Positions 49,423 to 59,872 of a stretch of DNA of 64,000 nucleotides are shown here, in pieces. This DNA comes from Pseudomonadota bacterium. Lineage in GTDB: Bacteria; Pseudomonadota; Alphaproteobacteria; RF32; CAG-239. Numbering within the stretch: the stretch's first letter is position 1; each line of letters begins with the position of its first letter. Where the stretch lies: positions 103,038 through 167,037 of the forward strand of contig CAKJXZ020000003.1 of assembly GCA_918234285.1 (NCBI GenBank). The letters are read 5' to 3'. The notes under the pieces were generated by a model. That model saw only the letters and a program-made list of their open reading frames with translations. It had not been told where the DNA came from and ran no database searches. The translations under genes and the position numbers were made by a program.

Positions 49423-50475
49423 TCAAATTACCGCGTTTTCCATTATTTTAAAAGTGTCGGCGGTTGCATCAATTTCCGCTTGCGCACCGTACGGCAACAA
49501 AAACATCGGATCGGTGTGTCCGAAATCCATCTGCGATATAATCGGCGTGTTTAGGTGGCATTCTTTCTGCACCACCTGCAAAAACGCCCGATCATACCTG
49601 TCTTGCTCATTTTCCGGCAGATTCGCTCCGCGTCCCACCATGATTCCGCTCACCCTTTGCAATATTCCGCAAGCCGCATAATTACGCAACACTCGCACCA
49701 CATAATCGAGCGACGGTGCTTCTTCCGATGTTTCCAAAAACAATATCGCATTATCAAAAAATTCTTCATGCGGCCACACCGGCGTTCCCTTCAGCATCTC
49801 CAGCACCTCGATACAACCGCCGAACAAATGTCCGCGTACCTTGCCCGTCCCTTGCAACACTCTGTTGCCGGTCGATTTTTTCAAACTCCTTCTTATTTGT
49901 TGATTCTGCGGCTCTCGCCACGACAGTTCTTCGTCGGTCCACCCGTTCATATTCGGCTCGATTTGCCCGATAACTTCGCTTGAAAACAATGTTTTGCGCA
50001 CGGAATTTACGAAATAATCAAACATTCCGCCGTTTTCGGCAAAGCCGCCGGCCATTATCGCCGGACCGTAGATTGAGCGCACACCGGCATGCAAAAAAGC
50101 CAAATGCAACGCTGTTGTGTCCGAATATCCCAGCAGAATTTTCGGATTCGCTCTGATGGCTTCATAATCCAAAAACGGCAAAATCCGCACCGCATCATCG
50201 CCGCCGATAACCGGAATTATTGCCTTTATTTCCTTATTTTTGACCGCCCAATTGATATCTTCCGCTCTTTTTTGCGGGTTATCGGCATTTTCCTCAACGC
50301 CGAGCATTGCATTCGGTGCCTCCACCGCAATCAGCCCGAATTCGGCTTCCAACTGTTTTTTTCCGGCCTCATATCTTGCCGGAAACACTTTTGCCCCGGC
50401 CCACGACGGCGAAACAATCGCCACCTTATCTCCGGCAACCAACTTTTGCGGTTTTATTAAGTCGATAACGGACAC
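49423..50475 (-). CDS. S66 peptidase (MccF / LD-carboxypeptidase family)
   Basis: IGGDD, LGYSDTT, LETSEE, DFGHTDP; GTG start after aaggag. Confidence 0.9.
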   Translation of the reverse strand: MSVIDLIKPQKLVAGDKVAIVSPSWAGAKVFPARYEAGKKQLEAEFGLIAVEAPNAMLGVEENADNPQKRAEDINWAVKNKEIKAIIPVIGGDDAVRILPFLDYEAIRANPKILLGYSDTTALHLAFLHAGVRSIYGPAIMAGGFAENGGMFDYFVNSVRKTLFSSEVIGQIEPNMNGWTDEELSWREPQNQQIRRSLKKSTGNRVLQGTGKVRGHLFGGCIEVLEMLKGTPVWPHEEFFDNAILFLETSEEAPSLDYVVRVLRNYAACGILQRVSGIMVGRGANLPENEQDRYDRAFLQVVQKECHLNTPIISQMDFGHTDPMFLLPYGAQAEIDATADTFKIMENAVI

Positions 50476-50609
50476 GGTACTCTCCTTTTTTGTTTCAACA
50501 CAGTCAATACTAATGACATTAAAATGTATTGTCAATATTATTCCTTTATAAAAAAATAAAGGCAGCCCTTGATAGAACTGCCTCTGCACCAATGTTTTTA
50601 ATAATCTCT

Positions 50610-51197
50610 CTATACTTCGTTACCATGATTCTTTGCCACGACATTCGAAATATTTTTAGGAAAAAATCTTTTAGCATCTTCCCGCATTTTCTGAATGTTT
50701 TGCTTTTCAGTATCAACTTCGCCGCTTACATCGTTCAATCGCTGAAATAATTTCTTAATCTTAGTTTTCGGTGTTATGCTTTCTTCATACGTATCAAGCG
50801 CTTTATTGAATGCCTGAGCAGCCTTACCCGCAAAAGCCGAATTGGATTGCGCAATAGCTATAAGGGTTTCGTGCGCCAAACTCAACGTTTCATAGTCATT
50901 TTCCTTGGAGGATAGTGTTTTCAAATATACATCAACTGCTTGCGGCACCATGTCTCCGTCTTTGAGCACGACATCTTTCAGCGAGCTGTATGTGTCTTCC
51001 ACCGAATATCTGCTGTTTTTCGGAGATTCCGCTATGTTGTTCCAAACATTAAAAGCTTCTTGCTTCAACTCCGGATATTCAACCAATATACTCGGAAGCT
51101 CGTGAAGCATCGTGCACAATCTGCCGTCGGATGCTTTCCGCAGCATAATTTCTTTTTCAAAGGAATGTAATTCTTGGAGGCTTTCTTCTTTATTCAT
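50610..51197 (-). CDS. Orphan helical-repeat protein
   Basis: RBS aaggag, TTGACA promoter, repeated S.KN/EN helical units. Confidence 0.7.
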   Translation of the reverse strand: MNKEESLQELHSFEKEIMLRKASDGRLCTMLHELPSILVEYPELKQEAFNVWNNIAESPKNSRYSVEDTYSSLKDVVLKDGDMVPQAVDVYLKTLSSKENDYETLSLAHETLIAIAQSNSAFAGKAAQAFNKALDTYEESITPKTKIKKLFQRLNDVSGEVDTEKQNIQKMREDAKRFFPKNISNVVAKNHGNEV

Positions 51198-51352
51198 GGA
51201 GTTTCTCCTTTGCATCGTTTAATTTATTGTGTTTACTGTAACAAATACCGTTATTTTTGTCAACATATTTTAAAGTAAAATCCCGTTGCATTAATCATTA
51301 CTTAAATAATAATCGGCAAAATGTGAGTATATTGCAAAATTGAGAGGTTATA

Positions 51353-52744
51353 ATGATAACTCAAAAACTAAAATATGCTCTGTTGGCGGCGGTTTTCATT
51401 TTGGGCTGCACCAATTTAGCCTATGAATTGATTGTTTTGCGCCAGCTCGTAAATTTTATGGGCTCAAACACTATTTTAACTTCCGTGGTAATCACCTTTA
51501 TTTTATTATTCTTGTCTTTGGGTTATTATATCGGCTCCGTCATATCGGTCTCGCGATTTTCCTTGAGAAAAATCTGTATACATCTGATGTTCTTTTTAAC
51601 TCTGTGGTATGCTCTCTCCTCTTCTTATTATTTTATCGGTCTGTTTTTCTTATTTGCATCTAAAATCAGCGTGAATATGCTGTTTTTAATCTTTACTTTT
51701 TCAACCGTAAACTTGATTGCTCCGGCGATGATGGCGGGAGTTGTAACCGCGCTCATCGGACGCGTTATTCACCGGGCCGACCGCAACTACACCGGACGTT
51801 TTATGGCCGTTGACACTATAGGCAGCGTCGGCGGTTCCATCGGCACAACTCTTATCCTGATGCCGTTTATCGGCGTTTCCAAAACCATTTTTGTTATGGT
51901 CATGATTTCTGCCGCTGCCATTATCATTCTTTCACGCAAAAAAAACCTTTTGCATAATCTGTTTTTTGTATTGTGGTTGACAGCACTGGGATATTACGTG
52001 AATTACGCCGAGTTTCTGATCAATAATGACACACTGATTAAGGACGATGCTATCTCGCGTTTGGAAATAGAAGCCGACGAAGATAACTCCAAAATCATGT
52101 ACATAAACGGTCAGGCCGCGTCAAAGATAGCGCAAAATCGCGAAAATATGTTTGCCTACGTCAGGTTTATAAACGAAAATATTATTGCCAATTTGCCTAA
52201 AGATAAAACATCCGACATTTTGGTATTGGGAGCCGGCGGTTTTACCATCGGTATTGACGATGACAGAAACAATTATATTTATCTTGATATCGAAAAAAAT
52301 TTACAAACCATTTCCGAAGAAAGTTTTTTGGATGAAAAACTCGGCAAAAATAAAAAATTTATTTATACGGATGCCTATCTTTATATGCTCAGCCACAAAG
52401 AAAAATACGATGTGATTGTTTTAGATATTTATTCGGCAACCTCAAGTATTCCCATAAACTTTGTCACTGCGGAATTTTTCGGAATGATAAAACAAAGTTT
52501 GGCCCCGGGAGGAATTATGGTAGCCAATATCATTACTTCGCCGTTGTTTAATAACAGATTTTCGCAACGGATAGATAACACCTTCCGGCACGTATTTGGA
52601 AACAATCTCTCGCGGCAAATCATCGATGAATTCAATCCTTTTGACAACAAACTGCATAATGTGGCATATATATACCATCATCTGCCGGCCGATGATACGA
52701 TTTTTACCGCTGATAAAAATGCAGCGATGTACGGACAATATTAA
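51353..52744 (+). CDS. Fused membrane domain / spermidine-synthase-like methyltransferase
   Basis: TM N-terminal half; LVLGAGG, DAY, YDVIVLDIY, LAPGG. Confidence 0.85.
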   Translation: MITQKLKYALLAAVFILGCTNLAYELIVLRQLVNFMGSNTILTSVVITFILLFLSLGYYIGSVISVSRFSLRKICIHLMFFLTLWYALSSSYYFIGLFFLFASKISVNMLFLIFTFSTVNLIAPAMMAGVVTALIGRVIHRADRNYTGRFMAVDTIGSVGGSIGTTLILMPFIGVSKTIFVMVMISAAAIIILSRKKNLLHNLFFVLWLTALGYYVNYAEFLINNDTLIKDDAISRLEIEADEDNSKIMYINGQAASKIAQNRENMFAYVRFINENIIANLPKDKTSDILVLGAGGFTIGIDDDRNNYIYLDIEKNLQTISEESFLDEKLGKNKKFIYTDAYLYMLSHKEKYDVIVLDIYSATSSIPINFVTAEFFGMIKQSLAPGGIMVANIITSPLFNNRFSQRIDNTFRHVFGNNLSRQIIDEFNPFDNKLHNVAYIYHHLPADDTIFTADKNAAMYGQY

Positions 52745-53595
52745 CTTTCTTTTTGCCGTTTCGAGCGCATTATCTTTTGCGTTATATCAAGTTGTTTGGC
52801 AGCAATTTCGGTGTGTTCTTTTTCAATTTTTCCGCTTTTACTGTCGGCGGTTTCCCCTACTTTATCTCCAAGCTGTTTATTAAGCGCATCCTGCTTAACT
52901 TGCAGCCAATCGGTTTTTGCTTTATTTTTATCGTTTTTGATATTTTCGTTAACCACGATATATCCCTTAGCATTCAGCTGCACCATATTCCAATTCCCGG
53001 TAGGCTGTTTGACGGCAATAGCCGACATTCCGCCAGCAGTCTGTACTCTCCCGTTGGGTGAAATGAGTATATCTCCCGCCGCCAAGTGCACAAAATTATG
53101 CGTTGTCGGAACTTTATTGACATTCAGTGCCCGTCCGCAGCTTTCCCGCCACACTTCGGCGGTAATTTCTCGCCCGTCATCTGTAGAAAGTTGCCGGCTT
53201 TTAGCCCATTCCAAATCGGCATTCCAAATTGCCGGTTCGGTCATCTTACCGCCGGTTCCGGCACAATCATAAAGTTTTTCGACCATATTTTTAATGCCGT
53301 CAGCCGTCTTATACCATTCCGGATTTTCATCAAGAACCCGATTAACGTTACTGCCGATATCATACATCACCAGACAATCCCCCGGCATCAATTTCTGATT
53401 TTCGAATTCCGGACCGCGCTCGCCGTTTTTCCAGCGCTCAAGCAACTGCACCGACAAATCGTCGGGATTGGTAAAACCGACAACTTCGGCACATGCTGTC
53501 GGAATTATAATACGGTCGGCATCTACCGAAATACACGTACCAGTTTCGCCTTTTGCAACGGCTTTATCCAATGATGCATAAGTGTAAATCGTCAT
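52741..53595 (-). CDS. Orphan hypothetical protein
   Basis: 284 aa, RBS aagga, promoter TTGACA-17-TATACT. Confidence 0.7.
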   Translation of the reverse strand: MTIYTYASLDKAVAKGETGTCISVDADRIIIPTACAEVVGFTNPDDLSVQLLERWKNGERGPEFENQKLMPGDCLVMYDIGSNVNRVLDENPEWYKTADGIKNMVEKLYDCAGTGGKMTEPAIWNADLEWAKSRQLSTDDGREITAEVWRESCGRALNVNKVPTTHNFVHLAAGDILISPNGRVQTAGGMSAIAVKQPTGNWNMVQLNAKGYIVVNENIKNDKNKAKTDWLQVKQDALNKQLGDKVGETADSKSGKIEKEHTEIAAKQLDITQKIMRSKRQKES

Positions 53596-53813
53596 ATTTT
53601 ATCCTTTTTATCCGATTTTCATATACGCAGTATATCATATATGCGTTTTTTGTCAATATGCAAACAACCGCGCCGGTGCCAACATTTGAAAACTACCCGT
53701 AAAACTTCCGCCGGTTTATAACTTTTTTTATTTTAATTTGACATTTGTCGCAAATGAGGTTTTAATCCATATAAAGAATTTATTTTTTTCTCAGCTATTA
53801 AAGGACAACGGAT

Positions 53814-54416
53814 ATGAAAAAATTTTTATTACTGATTTGTGTTGCATGTTTTACCTCCGCCAATGCTTTTGCTTCCGGACCATATGTTGCGGCAAAAGCA
53901 AAATACGTCTTTACTCAAGATGAAATACGAGCAAAGGGTCTATTGGAAGAAAAATCGAAATATGATGATAATGTATGGGGCGGTTCTTTCGCCTTCGGCG
54001 GCATTCAGAATTATCGCTACGGCGACTTGCGTTTTGAACTGGAATATACCCAAAATTCCACAGCCAGAAAAAGAAATATGAAGGTCAGAACACAGGGCTT
54101 ATTGTTCAATGTTTATTATGATTTTAATTTACGGACATACTTGCCGATTAAACCATATATCGGAGCCGGATTGGGTTGGGGACACGTTGAATTCACCGCC
54201 GACAATTTCAGTGTGAAGGATAATGGTTTTGCCGCACAAATCGGCGCCGGTATCAATTACAAAATCCTTGCCCGCACCTATATTGATTTAGGCTATCGCT
54301 ATATGACTTACGATGACTTTGATATAGAATACCGCAATTCGCGCCGCACGTATCAAAAAGTTGAATACAGACCGCGCGCTCATGAAATTTCGCTCGGTTT
54401 AAGATACGAATTTTAA
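53814..54416 (+). CDS. Outer-membrane beta-barrel (opacity/OmpA-like 8-strand)
   Basis: Signal peptide, RFELEY, PYIGAGLG, LGLRYEF end; terminator 54432-54462. Confidence 0.88.
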   Translation: MKKFLLLICVACFTSANAFASGPYVAAKAKYVFTQDEIRAKGLLEEKSKYDDNVWGGSFAFGGIQNYRYGDLRFELEYTQNSTARKRNMKVRTQGLLFNVYYDFNLRTYLPIKPYIGAGLGWGHVEFTADNFSVKDNGFAAQIGAGINYKILARTYIDLGYRYMTYDDFDIEYRNSRRTYQKVEYRPRAHEISLGLRYEF

Positions 54417-54687
54417 GCAAACCATATAATGCAAGCGGCAGATTAACAATCTGCCGCTTTTTCTATTCCGCAATAGTTTTTGGCGCAAAAATTCGTCTTT
54501 GGCTTTTTTGTAAGAGCAATACATCATAACCTTAAAGTCAAGCAGGAGTTATTTGCGGCTTCTTAATGTCGCCCTTTGGTGAGCAAGCTTATGAGCAAGC
54601 GAAAATCCGTTTAAGAACTGAACCAAATAAGTAGACAATACAGATTTGGTAATTTATACTTGTCTGCAAATAACGCGGGGAAATAAG

Positions 54688-55374
54688 ATGTCTGAGAATA
54701 AAAAATTTACCGGATTTAAGTTTATTGATGAAAAACTCGGCGGTTTGCTGCCGGATAAGCTGTGTTATATCGGCGGAGATTGCGACCCGATTATGGGTGA
54801 ACAGTTAAGCTTATCTTTATTAAAAGGAATTCTGGATAACAACCCGGATAAGTTTGTTATTTTAGTGAATTGCGAGAAATTTCCCTCTCTTAATTGTAAT
54901 ATATTTGCCTTCTATGGTGAAAACGAATTCTACAGTCAAATGGTTGCGGAATTAAGCCGACGCTTACCCTTAAAACAAATCAGAGCGGCCTACATCCGCG
55001 AACAGTCCCATCTTGATGAAATGCGGCAATCTCTTTTAACTGCCATCGGCAAAAGACCTGTTGCGGCGATTGTTATGGCAGACAGCTCAAAAAATAGCGA
55101 AAAATTAAAAATAGTTGCCAAAGAACTGCAAATTCCCGTTATTACTTATGACAACTGTTATTACGATGAAGATTATGACGAATTGGCAGCGCGACACCCG
55201 GCGGCAGATATTCTTATTCGTTGCAAGCCGACAGAAAATAACACCGTTGCCGAGCTGTTCTGTAATAAAAATAACTCCAAAAAAATACAAAAAATCCGCA
55301 CCGGAACTGCCGGCGGTTTGCAAATGTCCTTGGATTTGCCGGAAGATAAAAACAAACTGTGGTTTTATGAATAA
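54688..55374 (+). CDS. Degenerate DnaB-helicase C-terminal-like protein
   Basis: TGFKFIDEKLGGL, LKIVAKELQIPVI, ADILI; no Walker A GKT. Confidence 0.6.
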   Translation: MSENKKFTGFKFIDEKLGGLLPDKLCYIGGDCDPIMGEQLSLSLLKGILDNNPDKFVILVNCEKFPSLNCNIFAFYGENEFYSQMVAELSRRLPLKQIRAAYIREQSHLDEMRQSLLTAIGKRPVAAIVMADSSKNSEKLKIVAKELQIPVITYDNCYYDEDYDELAARHPAADILIRCKPTENNTVAELFCNKNNSKKIQKIRTGTAGGLQMSLDLPEDKNKLWFYE

Positions 55375-55551
55375 TAATAGCAGTTATTCTTTCGCTTAAT
55401 TGCAGATTTTGAACCGCTGAAAATCGTTGATTTTATTAATTTTACTATCCCTACAAAAAAGTGTAAAAGTGCAAAAAACCGATTGAATTAAGCGGTTGTT
55501 TTGTTACAGTATAGAGCGGTTGTTATACGATTGTTATTGGTGTAATAGAAA

Positions 55552-57267
55552 ATGAATTTAATCAATAAAAAATTCTATGACGCGTTCATGTTTATTGTTT
55601 TGCTGACTGTCGGCATTACCTTAAGCGTTATTCTGAAAAACGACTTCCTTTGGGATTTTGCAAACTATCATTATTACAACGCCTGGGCATTTTTAAACGG
55701 TCGCCTGAACTATGATATTGCACCGGCATCGTTGAATACTTTTTTTAATCCGATTATTGATTTGCCTTTATATTTTTACATTCGGTATTTTAATGATCAT
55801 TTGAATTGTATTTATGCTCTGCAAGGAATTTGGGCGGGGCTTCTCTTATTTGTTTTTTATAAAATTTATATTCTCTTTTTTGAGTTGAAAAATGCAAAGG
55901 ATTATGTTCTTTTGTTCACAGCTTTGCTGTTTTCCGTCAGCGGATCCGCAACTTTCCACCAAATAGGGGCTTCCACTAATGAAATGCCTGTTGCTTTTTT
56001 CTTTTTATGGGGATTTTACATTTTACTTAAGATGATAAAATTTCCGGAAACGCAAAACTTAAAAAAGTTCCTGCTTGCCGGCTTAATTATGGGTATCGGA
56101 TTGGGGTTAAAACAAACGATTGTTGCTTATTGCATCGCTTCCGGCCTGGCACTTATAATTTATCCTAAATGCTTAAATAAGCCGCTTAAAAGTATTTGTT
56201 TCTTTGCATTGGGAGGTTTGACCGGCTATCTTATTATTAACGGATATTTTATGTGGCAATATTGGGAAGCATACGGCAATCCGTTTTTTCCGTTCTTAAA
56301 CGGTATTTTCCATTCGCCATATTTTGATGATTTTAACTATACGGATAAAAGATTTTTACCCACAATAAAAGAATTTTTCTTATATCCGTTTTTATGGAAC
56401 TTACCGCAATACAGAATAGCTGTTGTGCCGATTTTAAATTTAAGACTATCTTTATTTTATCCCTTGATGATTATCGGTTTTTTGTTATCTTTTACCAAGA
56501 ATAAACGGCAGACATCAACACCGGAAAAAGTCTTATTTATTTTTCTTTTCTTAGCCTTTTTGATTTGGATGGCGATGTTTTCAATTATGCGTTATGCCGT
56601 AATTATTGAGGTATTATCTGCTATTATATTTATTCAAATTTTGGATTATCTTGTTTTTAAGGCAGAATATGCTATACCTGCATCAATTTTTGCCACTATG
56701 CTTATAGTTATTTTACTCTCGCCGATAATAGATAAAGGATGGGGCAAACGCGATAAAGAAGATACCAAATTCATCGCAATGGAAAACATAAACTTGCCCC
56801 CGAATACTTTGCTTCAACTTTATAATTTTCCGTCGGCTTTTGTTGTTCCGCTCTTTGCCGCAAAAACAAATTTGCGAGCACTCGGATATTACCAATATAA
56901 TTGCACATATATGAAAGGTTCGGATTTTCTTGAACGCGGAAAGTTTAATCAAATCAGACAAGATATTGAAAAGGAGCATGTCGGTCCTAAAGTCATAATA
57001 TTCATGAATAACACTTTTTTAAGAGATACCAATATTTCTGAAGCTAAAAAAAGAATTTCATATTGTCGGCAAACTGATTCTTGTGTTTTAAACTACTGCG
57101 AAACAGAAAAATATATTGAAGACATTATACTGCATATTCCGAATGACTATGTTTGCAAGCATCTTAAAAATAATATTGTAAAACGATTAACTATTTGTGT
57201 TCCGGAAGAACTTAAAACGCAAATTTTTGGAAAAGAAGACTCTCCGGAAAAGGAGGAAAATAAATGA
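55552..57267 (+). CDS. Polytopic GT-C type glycosyltransferase (GtrC-like)
   Basis: WDFANYHYYNAWA, GLGLKQT, YGNPFFPF; many TM helices; next to GT2-GtrA. Confidence 0.75.
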   Translation: MNLINKKFYDAFMFIVLLTVGITLSVILKNDFLWDFANYHYYNAWAFLNGRLNYDIAPASLNTFFNPIIDLPLYFYIRYFNDHLNCIYALQGIWAGLLLFVFYKIYILFFELKNAKDYVLLFTALLFSVSGSATFHQIGASTNEMPVAFFFLWGFYILLKMIKFPETQNLKKFLLAGLIMGIGLGLKQTIVAYCIASGLALIIYPKCLNKPLKSICFFALGGLTGYLIINGYFMWQYWEAYGNPFFPFLNGIFHSPYFDDFNYTDKRFLPTIKEFFLYPFLWNLPQYRIAVVPILNLRLSLFYPLMIIGFLLSFTKNKRQTSTPEKVLFIFLFLAFLIWMAMFSIMRYAVIIEVLSAIIFIQILDYLVFKAEYAIPASIFATMLIVILLSPIIDKGWGKRDKEDTKFIAMENINLPPNTLLQLYNFPSAFVVPLFAAKTNLRALGYYQYNCTYMKGSDFLERGKFNQIRQDIEKEHVGPKVIIFMNNTFLRDTNISEAKKRISYCRQTDSCVLNYCETEKYIEDIILHIPNDYVCKHLKNNIVKRLTICVPEELKTQIFGKEDSPEKEENK

Positions 57268-58376
57268 AATCCTTAAATTTAATTATGCCTTGTTATAACG
57301 AAGAACGCTCTTTAGAAAAACTTATTACGGAAAAAATTGTTCCTTTGCGCGCAAGATGTTTGGAGCAATATAATATTGAATTGCTGTTGACTATTGTTGA
57401 TGATGCGTCAACCGACAATAGTTTAGCTATTGCGGGAAAGTTGAAAAAAAAATTTACATGGATTAAGGTTTTAAAACATTCGGTCAATCAGGGAAAAGGC
57501 GCGGCATTGAAAACGGGGCTGGCTTGCGCCAAAGGTGATTTTATCGGTATTCAAGATGCAGATGAAGAATATAACCCTCTGAATTATTTGAAATTATTAC
57601 AACCTATTTTAGATGATAAGGCCGACGTTGTATACGGTTCAAGATACTTAAGACCTGATTGTCGGAGAATTTTATCATTTTGGCATACCCTTATGAATAA
57701 ATTTTTGACTCTGTGTTCTAATATGTTTACGGGTTTGGATATTACCGACATGGAAACCTGCTATAAACTATTCACCCGAAAGGTTGCACGCGAGCTTGCT
57801 CCCAAGCTTAAAGAAAATCGTTTTGGTTTTGAACCGGAAATAACTTCTTATGTTGCACAAGGAAAATACAGAGTTTATGAATGTGCAATAGAATATACAC
57901 CGCGAACTTATGAAGAAGGTAAAAAAATTACATATAAAGACGGATTACGCGCTTTGTATTGTATATTTCACTATGGCGCTCCGTATGCTCCGCTTCCGAT
58001 GCAGTTTTTATTATACACGTTTATCGGAGGTATCTGTGCCTTAATTAACTTAGCTTTATTTGCGATGTTCATATATTCAAATATTGCTTTGCCATATAGC
58101 ACAATTTCAGCCTTTCTCATTGCTGCAGCATTCAACTACTGGTTATGTATGGAGCTGTTGTTCAGACATAAAGCCTTTTGGACCGGCAAAATGGAATTGA
58201 TTATGTATTTTATAACCTTAATCATAATGGGAGGTTGTGATTATCTTTTAACCGCCGGTTTGATTGAAATAGGCGTCGGAGCACTAACGGCTAAATTGAT
58301 AACTTCTATTATTTGCTTTATCGGTAATTTTGTTTTCAGAAAATATCTGGTTTTTCCGTTACCGAAAAGAGAATAA
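57264..58376 (+). CDS. GT2 (GtrB-like) glycosyltransferase fused to GtrA flippase
   Basis: MPCYNE, VDDASTD, QDADEEY, TDMETCYK; four C-terminal TM helices. Confidence 0.9.
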   Translation: MKSLNLIMPCYNEERSLEKLITEKIVPLRARCLEQYNIELLLTIVDDASTDNSLAIAGKLKKKFTWIKVLKHSVNQGKGAALKTGLACAKGDFIGIQDADEEYNPLNYLKLLQPILDDKADVVYGSRYLRPDCRRILSFWHTLMNKFLTLCSNMFTGLDITDMETCYKLFTRKVARELAPKLKENRFGFEPEITSYVAQGKYRVYECAIEYTPRTYEEGKKITYKDGLRALYCIFHYGAPYAPLPMQFLLYTFIGGICALINLALFAMFIYSNIALPYSTISAFLIAAAFNYWLCMELLFRHKAFWTGKMELIMYFITLIIMGGCDYLLTAGLIEIGVGALTAKLITSIICFIGNFVFRKYLVFPLPKRE

Positions 58377-58404
58377 AATACAACAAACCATGAAGGCGAA
58401 TGAT

Positions 58405-59187
58405 TCATTCTTTCGCCAAATTGCGGATTTGTTCCCAATCTTCTGTTGCTACTGTTCTAATGGTAACCCAGTCGTTTATTGTAAAATTCCAAGTCCTTCT
58501 GAAATAAGGGAACGGGCTCACAATAATCCTATTGATATTTCTGCTATCAACATTATATACGGCCACTTTGAGATTTTTTCCGCCGGATTTACTGTCAGGA
58601 AGTTTAATCTCTAAGTTTTCGCAGTGATTATTTTTATCATCTGTCAATACTTCTAAAAAACCGTCCTGATAGTTCTTACCGAAACAGAAAACTGTTTTAG
58701 GTTTATTATTTTTCATCAAAAGTTCTTGAAAAATTTTTCTTCTTAATTTTAATGATTCTTTATAATAATCCTCAAAAGAAGAAAATCCTGTTGCTTCTAA
58801 GAGATGTTTTGAATATTCGTCTTTTTTTTCTTGGTTCCACTTTTCTTTTATCTCAGAATTATTTATAGGCAATGGCAATAAATTTAATTTGAATGAATTT
58901 GAATCTTTTTCAAAAATTGTTTTACCGACTGCATCTTCCGGCATTAACATATGGTAGAGTATATCCATACTTCTCTCCAACTTCCAGCCCTCAGGTTTCA
59001 TCTTAATATCAACATGATCGGATATTTCAGTGATCTCTTGCCAACAATTATATAACCAGTTATACCCCTCACCGACGTCACTGATATCAGACCATTCCAT
59101 GCCCATAAACCAATATTCCGCGTCAATATCGCCGCCGTCAATGCCTGAGTAAGAAGCAACGTATTTCAAAAAATCTTCTCTTGCCAT
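58405..59187 (-). CDS. Hypothetical protein (DGG...W.GxEW motif, possibly UDG-like fold)
   Basis: GIDGGDIDAEYWFMGMEW, FKLNLLPL, PKTVFCFGK. Confidence 0.6.
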   Translation of the reverse strand: MAREDFLKYVASYSGIDGGDIDAEYWFMGMEWSDISDVGEGYNWLYNCWQEITEISDHVDIKMKPEGWKLERSMDILYHMLMPEDAVGKTIFEKDSNSFKLNLLPLPINNSEIKEKWNQEKKDEYSKHLLEATGFSSFEDYYKESLKLRRKIFQELLMKNNKPKTVFCFGKNYQDGFLEVLTDDKNNHCENLEIKLPDSKSGGKNLKVAVYNVDSRNINRIIVSPFPYFRRTWNFTINDWVTIRTVATEDWEQIRNLAKE

Positions 59188-59203
59188 TTTTGTTCTCCTT
59201 GTA

Positions 59204-59635
59204 TTATGTGCGATAGTGTGCATCACGCAAAATTTCTATCTTGTGCTTATCGGTTAAGTTGAAAACTCGTTTAATTTCTGCGACACAATCCTTTTGTTGC
59301 AAAATTTTAGCATCTGCTATCAGCTTAAAAGTTCCGTCGTGCGGATAATTTTTAGCAATCATTGTCACACGCCCGCGCGGATACCTTTCGTACGGAACAT
59401 TTTTCAGATTGGGAAACATTTTCTGTACCGTATTCCATAAGCTATAATGCTCAAATGTGGAATCGTAAAAGATATCGGCATGGGCGGCATTTTCAAGTGT
59501 TTGCTCGGCGTACAACAAAACATTATCCGCATCTGCAATATCTGCCGGCAACAGCCAAAATATGCCGACTTTAGGGCTGTTTATGTCTGCTTTTTCAGGT
59601 TGTGTAATTATTCTGATACTTTTCATTAAACCCAC
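59204..59635 (-). CDS. Hypothetical protein
   Basis: VGIFW, HYSLW, YPRGRV, DAHY motifs. Confidence 0.7.
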   Translation of the reverse strand: MGLMKSIRIITQPEKADINSPKVGIFWLLPADIADADNVLLYAEQTLENAAHADIFYDSTFEHYSLWNTVQKMFPNLKNVPYERYPRGRVTMIAKNYPHDGTFKLIADAKILQQKDCVAEIKRVFNLTDKHKIEILRDAHYRT

Positions 59636-59872
59636 CTGAAACAGGTATATAAAAAAATGTTTTTAAAGTCAATGTTTCAGTAACTGCCGGCTTAAAAACA
59701 TACCGTGCCCCAAGGGGATCGTTTTTGTATTGATGATGCTAAACTCACAATTTACGGGCAAAACTATATTATTTCTTTTTACAAATACCTCTCTCCAATT
59801 GCCGAAGTTAAAAAGTAAAATATCTTGAATCTTCTAAGATTTTATTATATGATAACTAAGAGGAGTTGTTGT

